NCBI GenBank assembly: GCA_964247055.1
Contig: OZ176056.1
Coordinates: 992,001 to 1,056,000, forward strand
From: Paragordius varius
Taxonomy: Eukaryota; Animalia; Nematomorpha
Length of the DNA stretch: 64,000 bases
Direction: 5' to 3'
The position numbers were made by a program, and so were the translations under genes. Positions 45,832-57,108 of the stretch are shown here, one piece after another. A model generated the notes under the pieces. It did no database searches. It saw only the letters and a program-made list of their open reading frames with translations, and was not told the origin of the DNA. Numbering within the stretch: the stretch's first letter is position 1; every line of letters begins with the position of its first letter.

Positions 45832-47860
45832 CCTTATCAAATTTTTTAACGCATTGGTTAAGTAATAAATTAATATATTAAATAAATAAAATATTACATA
45901 AAATATTTATAGCGAATTTTTTAACATATTAAAAAATATGTTTCTAATTGGAATTATTGTAAAAAAACCATTTTACATAAAAAATTAAAACATTGTTTTG
46001 TTTTAAATGCCCTAACTAAATTCTATAAAGTAGTTTTTTTACATCGAAATAAGCTTTATAACACGGCTGCCCAACTCAAATACTTTTGCGGATTACTTTT
46101 ATAATATATTACCTTTTTAAAAAAAATAATTTTAAGCCTCCTTTATTTTCAAAATAATCGTACAATTTTGATTGTAATAAAACAATTTTTTAGTTTTAAA
46201 GACCATTTTTGCGTAAAACAAGTGTTCTTTTGCTATAAAACATATTTTTTTTGATTATAAAAAATTAAAAGAAATCTTTTAAAATCCAAATTAGATCAGG
46301 TGATGTCGCCATAATTTTTTTTGGGTAACCCTTTGATAGTACCATTATCAACCCAAATATTTATGAGATCGGAATATAAATGTAATTTTTATGAATTTCA
46401 TTAAAAAAATTTAAAAAAAAATTTTATTTAAATTTTTTGTAAAATTCATCAGGTAAATGGGATGTCGAATCGATATTGGGGTTGGGGAATGGAAGATGAT
46501 GAATTTTATGTCAGACTCTCAGATGCCAATATAAAGATTCGAAATATTTTAGAACCGACATTTAACATTACGACTGGGAAAAACACTTTTAAACACATTC
46601 ACGATAAAGTTAAAAGACCCCGGGATTTACATATGACGAAACGTCAAAGAGAGGTTTATTTTACATGAAAAAAAAAGTTTTTTATATATATAGAGTTTTA
46701 GAGAATTTTTTTGCTTTAAGAGTAGTATAAATTTCTAAATAATGCGAAATAAGGAATAGAAATGTTCAATTTATATTTCCACCAATGTTAGTACATGAGT
46801 TCATATAAAAATATTGACTTTGAATAAGCGTTTTAACATTAAAACTATGAATTTTTTTTAGGTATAATTGGTATACTTTTTTCAATATCATATTATTTTA
46901 AATTTACATTATTCTATTTTAAATGGCATGCAAAGCCAATATTTTAATTTTTCTTGTGTTAAAATGCGAGTTTAAGACAAAGGATTAATAAATTACTATT
47001 TTATATAATTATATAAGCCTTTTAAATTTTATATACCATTTACAATTCAACACCCTTGAATAATTCAAATTCACTCTTGAACAATTCAAAAACCCTAAAA
47101 ATAAATTATGTGTTTTCGGGCATTAATATAACTTAGTAATATGAAATATATCATTATATCTTAATTTATTATTTTTTTACAATTATCTTAGTATTAAACA
47201 AAATTTCATTTTTTTAAAACTATAGATAAATTTTTAAAAAACACTTTTTTAGGGTGAATTTGAGTTGTTCAAGGGGCCTGAATTTAAAGTGAAATAATAT
47301 ATACCACATACAGTTTGAATTCACCCTTTAACAATTTAAAACCCTTGAACCTTCGAATTAAAATAAATTATTCGTTTTTTAAGATTAAAAATTACCTTTT
47401 TTTTTAATATTTTTAAAACATCAAATTCTGTTTAAAATAATCTAATGGTAAAAAATAATAAACTATCTTGTAAAAATATATTTCATATTAATGATGAGTT
47501 ATATTATCCCAAAAACACATAATTTATTAGGGTGAATTTGAAATGTTCAAGGGTAAATTTGAATTGTTCAAGGGGGCGTGAATTTAAAGTCTAAATAATA
47601 TATTATATAATTTACCTTATTATAAAATTTTACACGATAAAAAAACCATTAATTAGATTGCACATCAAAGAGATCGTAAAACAGGCCTTAAAACCATTCA
47701 TGGAATGTATCACATAGAGAAAATGACTGAAAAGTATATATTGTCATCATCAAATAGACATTATAAAACATCATATCCATACACTGCCGTTAATGTTAAA
47801 TTAATTTGCGATTATTTGGAAACGCCTTGGTGTAATGCTAGTCTACCCCTATATCATTAA
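44142..47860 (+). CDS. B4GALT7: Beta-1,4-galactosyltransferase 7 (xylosylprotein galactosyltransferase I), ~316 aa, type II membrane protein
   Basis: Exons 44142-44246, 44277-44452, 44899-45163, 46453-46653, 47657-47860. Basic tail + TM (MLFLKRKFLKFRHVKFKLIAHYCIYLFFLNFLLYY|IYIF), HKLAIIVPYRDRFEEL, FNRALLINIG, MHDVDLLP (DxD), WGWGMEDDEF, HIHD, C..ETPWC. In-frame alternative ATG at 44121. Confidence 0.94.
45798..45830. repeat. (TA)n microsatellite
   Basis: About 16 units. Similar tracts at ~6518-6540, 12501-12526, 53213-53236, 57072-57104. Confidence 0.9.
47037..47575. mobile_element. Two adjacent, oppositely oriented MITE family A copies in B4GALT7 intron 4
   Basis: ~47037-47275 forward and ~47312-47575 reverse, judged from the asymmetric internal sequence. 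Confidence 0.75.
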
Positions 47861-49054
47861 AATTTCAATATTTTTTTTCTGATTTAAATAGTATGCATTT
47901 AAATGGTTCCTTATTTCAAACTTTCCATAAATTTGCACAACAGTAGTGTATGGAAAAAAATAACAAAATGATGAATAAACAATTGTATCCATTCTTTTTT
48001 CCATACATTACTGTGTTGTAAATCGCCCAGGAACTATTATAATGCATACTGTATATATATATAGCTTTTTAATATTTAAAATTGAAAAAATTGAGAAAAA
48101 TATGTATAAAAGTTTTTGAGTTAAAAAATATTATAAGAAGAGTTTTAAAACAAAAAAATAGTTAAAAGATTGTGGATTAATTTTATTTTAGTTTTTTACG
48201 ATATATAAAATTTATTAAAAGGGTATTTTTATATAGAGGGTTAAATCAATTACATTTGAATATTTTAAAGGTATGGTTGATTTTATTAAATAAAGAAATT
48301 TTAATTTTTCAATTTGCTGTATTTTAATATTTTACAAAATAAAATGGTTTGTAAATATTGGGTTTTTAGCTAAAATAATTTTATAGAAATATATTTAAAA
48401 TAAAAAAATTACAAAAATAAGAATAAGGAAAAATTACGGTGATCTCGATTATTTGAAACATTTTTATTGTTTTTCATATGCATTCAAAACAAATCAAATC
48501 AAAGGTATCCAAAAATACGCAAAATTATTTTTATATAATGTATATATGATTTTATTTTATTGTATTATATTTTATTATATATATAATGTAATAAATATAG
48601 ATATAAATATATTAATATAAAGGCAAGGTTATTTTTAAGTAAATCATTCTTATGATTAATTATATAAATACATAAATGAGTTATGTTAATTTTTTTGTCT
48701 AAAAAATGTCTTTGAAAATTGCATGTCATTATTTATTAGATAATATAATATTATTTGAACGTTAGTATATTTGAGTTAATTACAGGTGTAAAAAATATTT
48801 TTACGTAGATTAAAATAAAATTATTTTTATTAACCGTAATTAACATTTTGAAGCTAAAAAAACCTCAAAATTTTTTTTTGATGAAAAGGTTAATATAGTA
48901 ATATTACAATAGATACAACGATATAAATCAATTTTAATATCGATTAATTATCCAATAAATTTATTAAATAAGCAAATTTTTCAAAATATAACATAGCATT
49001 ATTAAATAATAATTTGCTAAAAATAATTATAAATTATATTAAATTTATAAAATT

Positions 49055-52000
49055 TTATTCATTAAGAGCTAACAAAGCGTTTATAGTTTTATCCAAATCA
49101 TGGCTATTATTCTCATAAACACTTTCCAAAATTTCAGCATCTAAATGAGAAAATAGCTCTGATAATTCTTGCATATGTTTTTGACGTGTATTTTCATCTA
49201 TTTACATATCGAATTCTTTAAAAATGGATTTTACTGAAAAACTATTAAAGTGAAATATAATTAATTTGGTCATTTTTTAGTTAAATTTAATTGATTTATG
49301 TAAATGAAAATTGAAATTTATGGAAAAAAACGTTGAAAATTCAAGACAAATACTCAAAAAAACCGTTGAACTCTACTTGATTCATTTAAATAAAACTCTA
49401 ATGTTTCAAATTGGAAATTATAGAATAGAGATGTATATTGGTAACACAATCAATTATCTATTTTACAATCATAATTAAATAATTTTACAAGATAAAAGTT
49501 AAAAAAGTATGATTATTTTAAAGAATATTAGTTTTGATAATTTTTTACGCTTTTTCGCATGATTTCAATTTTGACTATACAATTATAAGCGTGAAAAAAC
49601 TCTAGTTAAAAACAATCATATTTTATAATTTTCTTTCTCTAATAAACTTTTCAATTTATGTTAATTCTAACACTTTTCACCAATATATTACATATCTATT
49701 CCTTGTTTTGCATCTCAAAAACAATAAAATATGTTTAAAAATGGTAAGGATAAAAAGTATTGTTAACATTTATGAAAAAATATATAGTAACTCTTCATGT
49801 GAATCCGAATCAAATATTTTTTTAGAAAAATAAATTATTTATAATTAAAAAAATTATTCAATTAAGTCTTTGGTATTTCTAAAACAGAGTTGGGCATCTT
49901 TGTAGTGATAAAGTTTAAGTCAAATATAGAAATTACAGTAAAAATTAAAATTATACGGACAAAACGTTAAAAAAACAATTATTTATTTTCAAAAGACAAT
50001 CAATCATACTTTTAAAACCTTTATTTTCCCTCAATTACATAAAATATATATTTGATTATGTTACAATTTTAGCATGTATGTCTTACTTTGGATTTAAAAC
50101 AATAAGTTAAGTTATATTGAAAAATATCAAGTTTTAAGTACAGCCGTCTTTAACAAAGTATTTCTCTTTATATTTTTATGTTTTGTCTGTATAATTTCAA
50201 TTTTTACCATTTAATAACCTAAAAATAATTAAATATATCAATAAATAATTTATTAACAATTATATTTTTTATAAAAAATTACCAACGATTGATGGAGAGT
50301 TTAGTAAATTTGGGGCGTTTTGAGGATTTATAACAGTAGTTGAGTTTACATTATTTGGCTAAAATAAAAAAATAGATTAAAACAAATGAAAATATTTAAA
50401 TATATAACATTATAAATATTGGGTAGTTACAGACCAATCAATTAAACAATTTTGACTCAAAAACTTTTAAACATTTCACAATTCAATTAAGTTCAAAATT
50501 ATTTCTGCCTGGATTATTTGATTCACTTTTGCAAAAAATAATTACATATGCATTAAATTATATCTAATAAAAATATATTTTTAATATAATCTAACTCTTA
50601 CACATCTAAAAATAGCTTCTAAAGTTGAAATTTATTTTGTGTTTATTATCACACATAAGGACATAATAATATCTTTGCATGCTATATTTGAAGTTAAGAT
50701 ATATTAACGGCAGTTTATTAAATTTCTACACTAAAAGATCTCATTGTTTTAACAGAAAAGGTTTTAAAATCATCCATATATAAAAATCAGATACACGGTT
50801 TTTTTGCCTAAAAAAGTATTAGATATTTCCATTATAGCATTTTAAAACAAACAACTATATTTCCCATTTTATTCAAACTAAAAATATTTTTACGATATTT
50901 ATTTTGTATAACTTAATTTATAAAATGCATGAGTTAAATTTAAATTCTAAAAAATTTTATAAAACAAAATTACTCTAAAAGATAAAATAATTCTTATAGT
51001 TCCGATAATTTCTGAATTTGTGGGGGAACGCAATTCGACCCAGACATCAGATTGAATGCCTTCATAAACGCTATTGGGTATGCCGTAAGTTCCAACCCCA
51101 ATTATTTCATCTTTTGTGAATGATCTCTATTATTCAATTGAGATATATACCATTTACATTTCAAATTCACCCTTGAACATGTCAAATTCACCCTAAAATA
51201 AATTATGTGTTTTATTTAAGATTAAAAATTACCTCTATTTTTTATATTTTTAAAAAAAGAAATTTACGTTTAAACTAAAAATAATACTGAAAAAATAATA
51301 AACTAAACCATAAAAATGTATTTCATATTTATGATGAGTTATTTAAGCCCGAAAACACATAATTTATTTTTAGGGTGAATTTGAATTGTAAAGGGTGAAT
51401 TTAAATTGTTCAAAGGTGAATTTAAATTGTCCAAGGGTGAATTTAAATTGTAAATGGTATAAACAATAAAAGTTTTAATAATATAGACAACAGGTGAAAA
51501 CTAAAATACAAATAATGTTTAATTTTTTATATAACACATCTAGGTTACATTGGCATTAAAGCATATCATTTAAATTACCAAATGGAGATTATAGATATAA
51601 ATTGGTAATAAAGTCTATTATGTTATGTATTAAAAATATAATTATACAGTTTATGTAGGAGTTTTAAAAAGTATTGTCGTTTTTTAAAACTTTTTAAAGT
51701 TTTACTTTTCTCTGTAGAAACCCAAATATATAGATATATATATATATTTGCAGTTACACTTCATTAGCTCTTGGGTTGTTCAACCTTAAAAAATATGTAA
51801 GGAATCAAAACCATGGCAAAATTTTGCACTTATATAACATTAATAAATCAAAATATATAAAAAAATTTTATTCAAAAATACTTGATATTACTTATTTGAA
51901 ACTAAAACCGAAAGGTAAAAATTTAGTCAACGTGACATATGTGCAATGGTAAAATTGAAAAATAATACAAAAACACCGCTTTTTTATTTCTATTAATGTT

Positions 52001-53203
52001 AGATCTAATTTATATATAAAATCTCTAATTTTACCCTTAAAAATAAATAAAGACGATATTTTGCAAAAATATTGTAAAATGAAAATGGCGTCCAAGTAGT
52101 TTGACATGGAGCTTTTTTCAAAACAAAAATTTATTTAGTTTTGGCGTGTTTATATGATTTTTATTAGGATAGAAGCATATATTTAAATTGAGACCGTTTG
52201 ATTCAAAAGTTTCTTAAAACTAACTGAAATTAAGTCTGGGGTATTTAGATACCCCAATTTGAATTGAAGTGTTCGTTTTATTCAAAAAATTTTTTAAAAA
52301 ATTTAAAATTTGAAAAACATCTCAAATCTTTGGCCATCATTTTTTTATTTTTTTAAAGGTGTACAAACTGTCAAAAGGCAAGTGTATTTTAGCGTTAAAA
52401 ATTAATTTTTAACAATAAAATGCTGTTGACATGCTTTTCAGCGAATCAATAATTAATTATGTTAATATCAGCTGTTTGTTTCAAGATTTGGGATTTACAA
52501 AAATTCACTTAAAACTTACAAAATTGTAATAATAAATGATATTTGCATAAAGTTTATTTAAATAGATATATTACAAAAATTTTATCATAAATTAAGGTAA
52601 CAATTTAAAGATTGTGTTAAACTCAAAATGCAGTTAGCTAAAAATTTAAATGGTTTTGACGTGCTATAGATATCTATAATATACTTCATCGTAGATTTCA
52701 ACGCGCATTTCCGAAATTTTGTGCGTTAAATTGCAAAACATGGTTTGATTTCATGTTGGATGCGTGGAGCCGTTAAAATCTGTAGCCGTTTCAAAACCCA
52801 AATAGTTATTTGGTCCTAAAAACACTTTAACATATGGATCCATTCGAATAAAAGAAATCCCAAAAGGACTCACATTTTTAGTTATATTAGCCTTAAAAAA
52901 CATTTAAAGCATTAAAAACCTCACATACAGTTATATCTAAAGTCCCAATAAAAGGCAAAATATTAGGAACTAAAGATTCTTCATACTGGAGAGTTCTTGC
53001 AAGACTTTCATCTAAATTGGTTTGATTATTGGTAGCGTTAATATCAGAAGTTTGAGTCTAAAAAAATTGTACAATGACAATGACAATAACACGGGGTGCA
53101 CCCCTTTTTACAATTGGTGAACCAATTGTCAGAGTACCGTGAGCTATATAAGTATTTGGAAAAAACCTTTTAAAATTTTTTCTAATAAAATTTTTATGAT
53201 TGC

Positions 53204-53236
<33 letters not shown>

Positions 53237-53352
53237 TAAAATACTATTATGATAAATTTTTTACTGTAGGTTAGTGTTATTAAATTATTATATTAGAAAT
53301 AAAAAGGAATTAAAAAAAATACCGTACATAACCTGCGCTTTGGAAAGGACAT
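49055..53352 (-). CDS. TOLLIP: Toll-interacting protein (C2 + CUE), ~248 codons, with one in-frame TGA at a conserved Trp (nonsense allele, pseudogene, recoding or assembly error)
   Basis: Exons 53352-53323 (tentative), 53057-52920, 52891-52685, 51126-50974, 50358-50283, 49197-49055. Motifs LDESLARTLQY..GTLDITVCE|ANITKN, RMDPYVKV, FETAT..NGSTHPT*NQ, VEIYDE|RSFTKDEII, WVEL, CUE domain ELSELFSHLDAEILESV..N..DLDKTINALL. TGA at 52753-52751. None of these exons is in the ORF track. Confidence 0.88.
51150..51457. mobile_element. MITE family A: TA-flanked, with TIRs of tandem ~21-bp TTGAACAATTCAAATTCACCC subrepeats
   Basis: tata|CCATTTACA...TGTAAATGG|tata. Other copies at ~5811-6073, 6555-6795, 19075-19255, 41812-42210, 47037-47275, 47312-47575. 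Confidence 0.8.
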
Positions 53353-53544
53353 TATTGTTTGATTTTTGGAACAGAGGTTTGATATTAATAGAGTTGTTGA
53401 TAAGTGACAAGTTTTAATTAAATGAAACGTTAACGACAAAAAACAATTATGATTTAACCGAGCAGACGATAACCCAAATAAAATTTATAAGAATATATGA
53501 TTAAAAGATTATTAAAAATATAATTTAATAGAAAAGGGTACTTA

Positions 53545-53830
53545 TCTTTGATTTTCCTGTGGCATAGGTACTGTTCCCCTAAACAACTGAAGTTTTACCA
53601 GTGACTCAACTTTTATAATAAAAGAATTCATTTCCGAGTATCGAAAAACTTCATCAGGGTAATAAGCCTCTTTGGATTGCACTCTTTACAAATAAGGAAT
53701 CATCCATATCCTTGATGGTTCTGGTGTGTTCTTCTAATATCCAAAAGGCAGACGATTTCGACCGAATCGCGAAAAGTTAAAAAAATTGTACAAAAAAATA
53801 CTCCAACGTCCATATGGAGTTGTGCATTTG
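53545..53830 (-). mobile_element. Possible very old Ty3/gypsy reverse transcriptase remnant
   Basis: One minus frame with stops reads SRFGRNRLPFGY*KNTPEPSRIWMIPYL*RVQSKEAYYPDEV, resembling the gypsy RT FGRY..RLPFGLxNAP...YxDD block. Weak; similar coding-like DNA continues to ~54780. Confidence 0.4.
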
Positions 53831-56800
53831 CAGGAAAATAATATGTTTATAAATATTTTTATTTTTAACATTTTAAACCTTAACACATTTTTATCAATTT
53901 ATTTAAAAAGCGGGTAAATGTATTTTTGAAAAACTATATTAAGGTCTAGTTTTTCGCCTTTTGGAATGAATTCCTATTGAAAAAATTATTAAAATATTAA
54001 TTCACCCCATAATATGTATGTATATATATTAATGTATGTATGAAATGTGTTTCGCATCATTGACTATTCCGAATTTTGTGAAATATTGAGGCCTAAAATA
54101 AAAATATTATTGATTCTTCATGATTCCTTACTTTTTGTTTGGGTGGTTACGCTCAACTTATTATAATATGTAAATTTCACCATATGCCACTATATATTTT
54201 AGGTGCAATATTCAAATATATCAATTGAAAACTTTATAAAATCGGCCATCTCTAGTGGTATTTAATAAATACTTCTTCAGCCATTGGTATATAACCAATT
54301 TATATCCCAGTGTTATGACATTCTTAATTAATATTAAAATAAATTTTTATTTCGGTAAATTAAATTCTGATGTGATCTGAACACTTTTAGGGGCATCAAT
54401 TCAATGAATGTTTAAATGTATGAATTCACTTCCTTATATTTTTATTATTGGAGACATGGATATAGTTTCCCACCTCAGTTAAGGTTGATAGCTAGTTGTC
54501 TTAAAAGTTGTTTTAGTTAAAATTAATTATTGTACACTCTTCCTTTGATAAATATAAAAAACTAATAGTCACAGATTTTCAACTTCCATAATCGAAATTT
54601 GTATAGCTCCAAAACATGATAGAAGCCAACAAATGGTATTAAAATCAATAGCTGTGTAATTTAATTGATAATTATATATATTTTTCAAGCATAACACTAC
54701 ATTTTCTATTGACTTTTTGTCCTTCACATATTGGAGTAGTTTTATATCCCATTATCTTTTTTACTTTAGTGAAAATTTTAGTTATTAAGTAAAAAAGCTT
54801 ATATTTTTACAGTGACTTCTAGAGACAAAAATTAGGACAGCTTCGAAACACGTCTGAAACAAACAGCTGATATGAAAATCAAAATATATAATTTTTCTGG
54901 TAAAATGTAGCCTGAACATTTTAAAGTTAATTATTTACATTTTCTAACCTTAATATAAATTAATTTGCCTGAGGCATTAGCGTTAAAAAATTTTAGAATC
55001 AAAAGGGCGGAAAAAGTTTAAGATGTAGATTTTACAATTTTACATTTTTTGAAAAGTTTTTTATGCGCCTAAAAAGCTAAAAAAAGCATATTTTTATCGG
55101 CTTAATACGTTAAATACTTTTTAAGATATTCGAATTTCAAATTTTTCTGGATTGAAAAACTACTTTAAAAGATAATGGAGAGTTAATACACATATATTTA
55201 GCGATTTAAATAAAGAAAAAAATTGACGGTCAAATTGAGATGAGGATTTTTTACAAACTTTTAAAATTTCTGCTGAGCCTAAAATATAAAGAAAGCATAT
55301 TTTTAAGTTTGGCCTAATGGTAAAATTATATTTTAGGATAATTAAGTTTTAAGGCGGTAAACTACCCCCAATAGGTCAAGTGGTAAATGCAAGCTTTTGG
55401 TAGGTATACTACGAGCGCATACCCATATTGATATTTTTAAGTCATAGTTATATTTTTGGATTAAAAATATGCTGCACGTAAAAAGTAAAAATTTTATTAT
55501 TTAATGTCTGGAATATTGTAAAAGGTATTTTATCCAATTTTACCTTTGAAACTTATGTTACTGATAAATAGAGTGGAAAAGTTACAACAAAAATTGATAT
55601 ACGGACAAAACTTAAAAATATAAAAAAAATTTTTTTTATAAAAGACATTCATACTTTTTCTATCTTGATTGTTAATTTAAATCATTGTTTAAATAAAATT
55701 AAGATAGAGATTAGGACAATCAATTATATAATTTATAAAGGAAAATAGATTTAAAAAAAGGTTGTCTTTTTAAAAAATTTATTGTGTTTATAGTTATACT
55801 TTTTCGCATGATTTCAGTTTTACTGTAATTGACAAAAAAATTTAACGATTTATTTGAGTAAATTGATAAGTTGTAAGAATTATTTAAATAACAAAAACTA
55901 TTCTACCGCGTACTGATTCTCTAGCTCTCATAAAAATAACTAACACATATATCAAAAAAACCAAAGAAGTTTTACTACAAAACCTATGAAAAACACCAAG
56001 GATTTTAAAATTGTAAAGAAAAAGCAAATACTTGCGAATAAAAAGCATGTCAATTTTTTCGCCAGAAATATCCGCAAAAAAATGACTGCTTGTTTTAACA
56101 TAAAATTTTTAAAAAAAGAGTTGAGAAGAAAACGCATGGATATTTTAATTCTTTTTTATTTCAAAGTGTATTGGAAATTTTTAATGTAACAAATAAAATT
56201 AAAATTAATCGTTTGCATATGGAATTCTTAACTATTTGAAAACAATATTTTAATTTTATTAACTAATTTCAGCATTAATTTTACATGATTAAAAGTCGGG
56301 ATAACCAATATTGTTATATAATTTATTTAGCAAAATGTTTTAACCACTGTATGCTAGAAATATATCAATAGAATAACGATTTTATTAAAAATTATTATTT
56401 TGATACGAAGATAAATTTTACCTTAGCGTATGGTAAAAAACAACAAATGGTATAAATTAAACAATTTTTTCCTAATTTTAACATTTTGGTTTATATGATT
56501 TATGGACAACCTTTTTTTATACCATACGCTACTGTATTTCATAGGTTTTATGAATTATTTTTTTAAACGTATTATTATTTCAATTCACCTTCAAAAAAAC
56601 TTTTTCGTTAATTAACTTTTCGCACACGCATCAAAATTGTGTGCATATGCACAATTAAAAACACCCCATACACCTTTAAGCTATTATTATAAAAACTACA
56701 CTAATTTTTCAAAATCAATGAATAATGCATAGAAATATTCATAGATATATATTATTGTAAAAATTAACATTAAGGGTAACATATGAGAAATGTATAAAAT

Positions 56801-56842
56801 ATCGATATATAAAAGGGTTTCTAATACATAATTTATACAACA

Positions 56843-57068
56843 ATGCCCTACCCAAACATTATATTCTCTATATTAATTATATCTATAATTCAATATTTCA
56901 GCAAGACAAATGTATTCCTTCATGCACAATTCCTAAGGTACGGAAGTATTTTTTTTTAAAATTGAAAATTTGTTTTAGCTTTAATATCAAACAAGTAATG
57001 TTTTTTAATTTCTCGCGATATCATATATTATGAGCTTAATTTTAACACAAAGGCATTCGTCCTTTAGC

Positions 57069-57108
<40 letters not shown>

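Noticed and set aside
52751-52753. Genome-wide TGA=Trp genetic code
   Set aside because: All other conserved Trp codons here are TGG, and TGA ends the CtBP and SOUL models.
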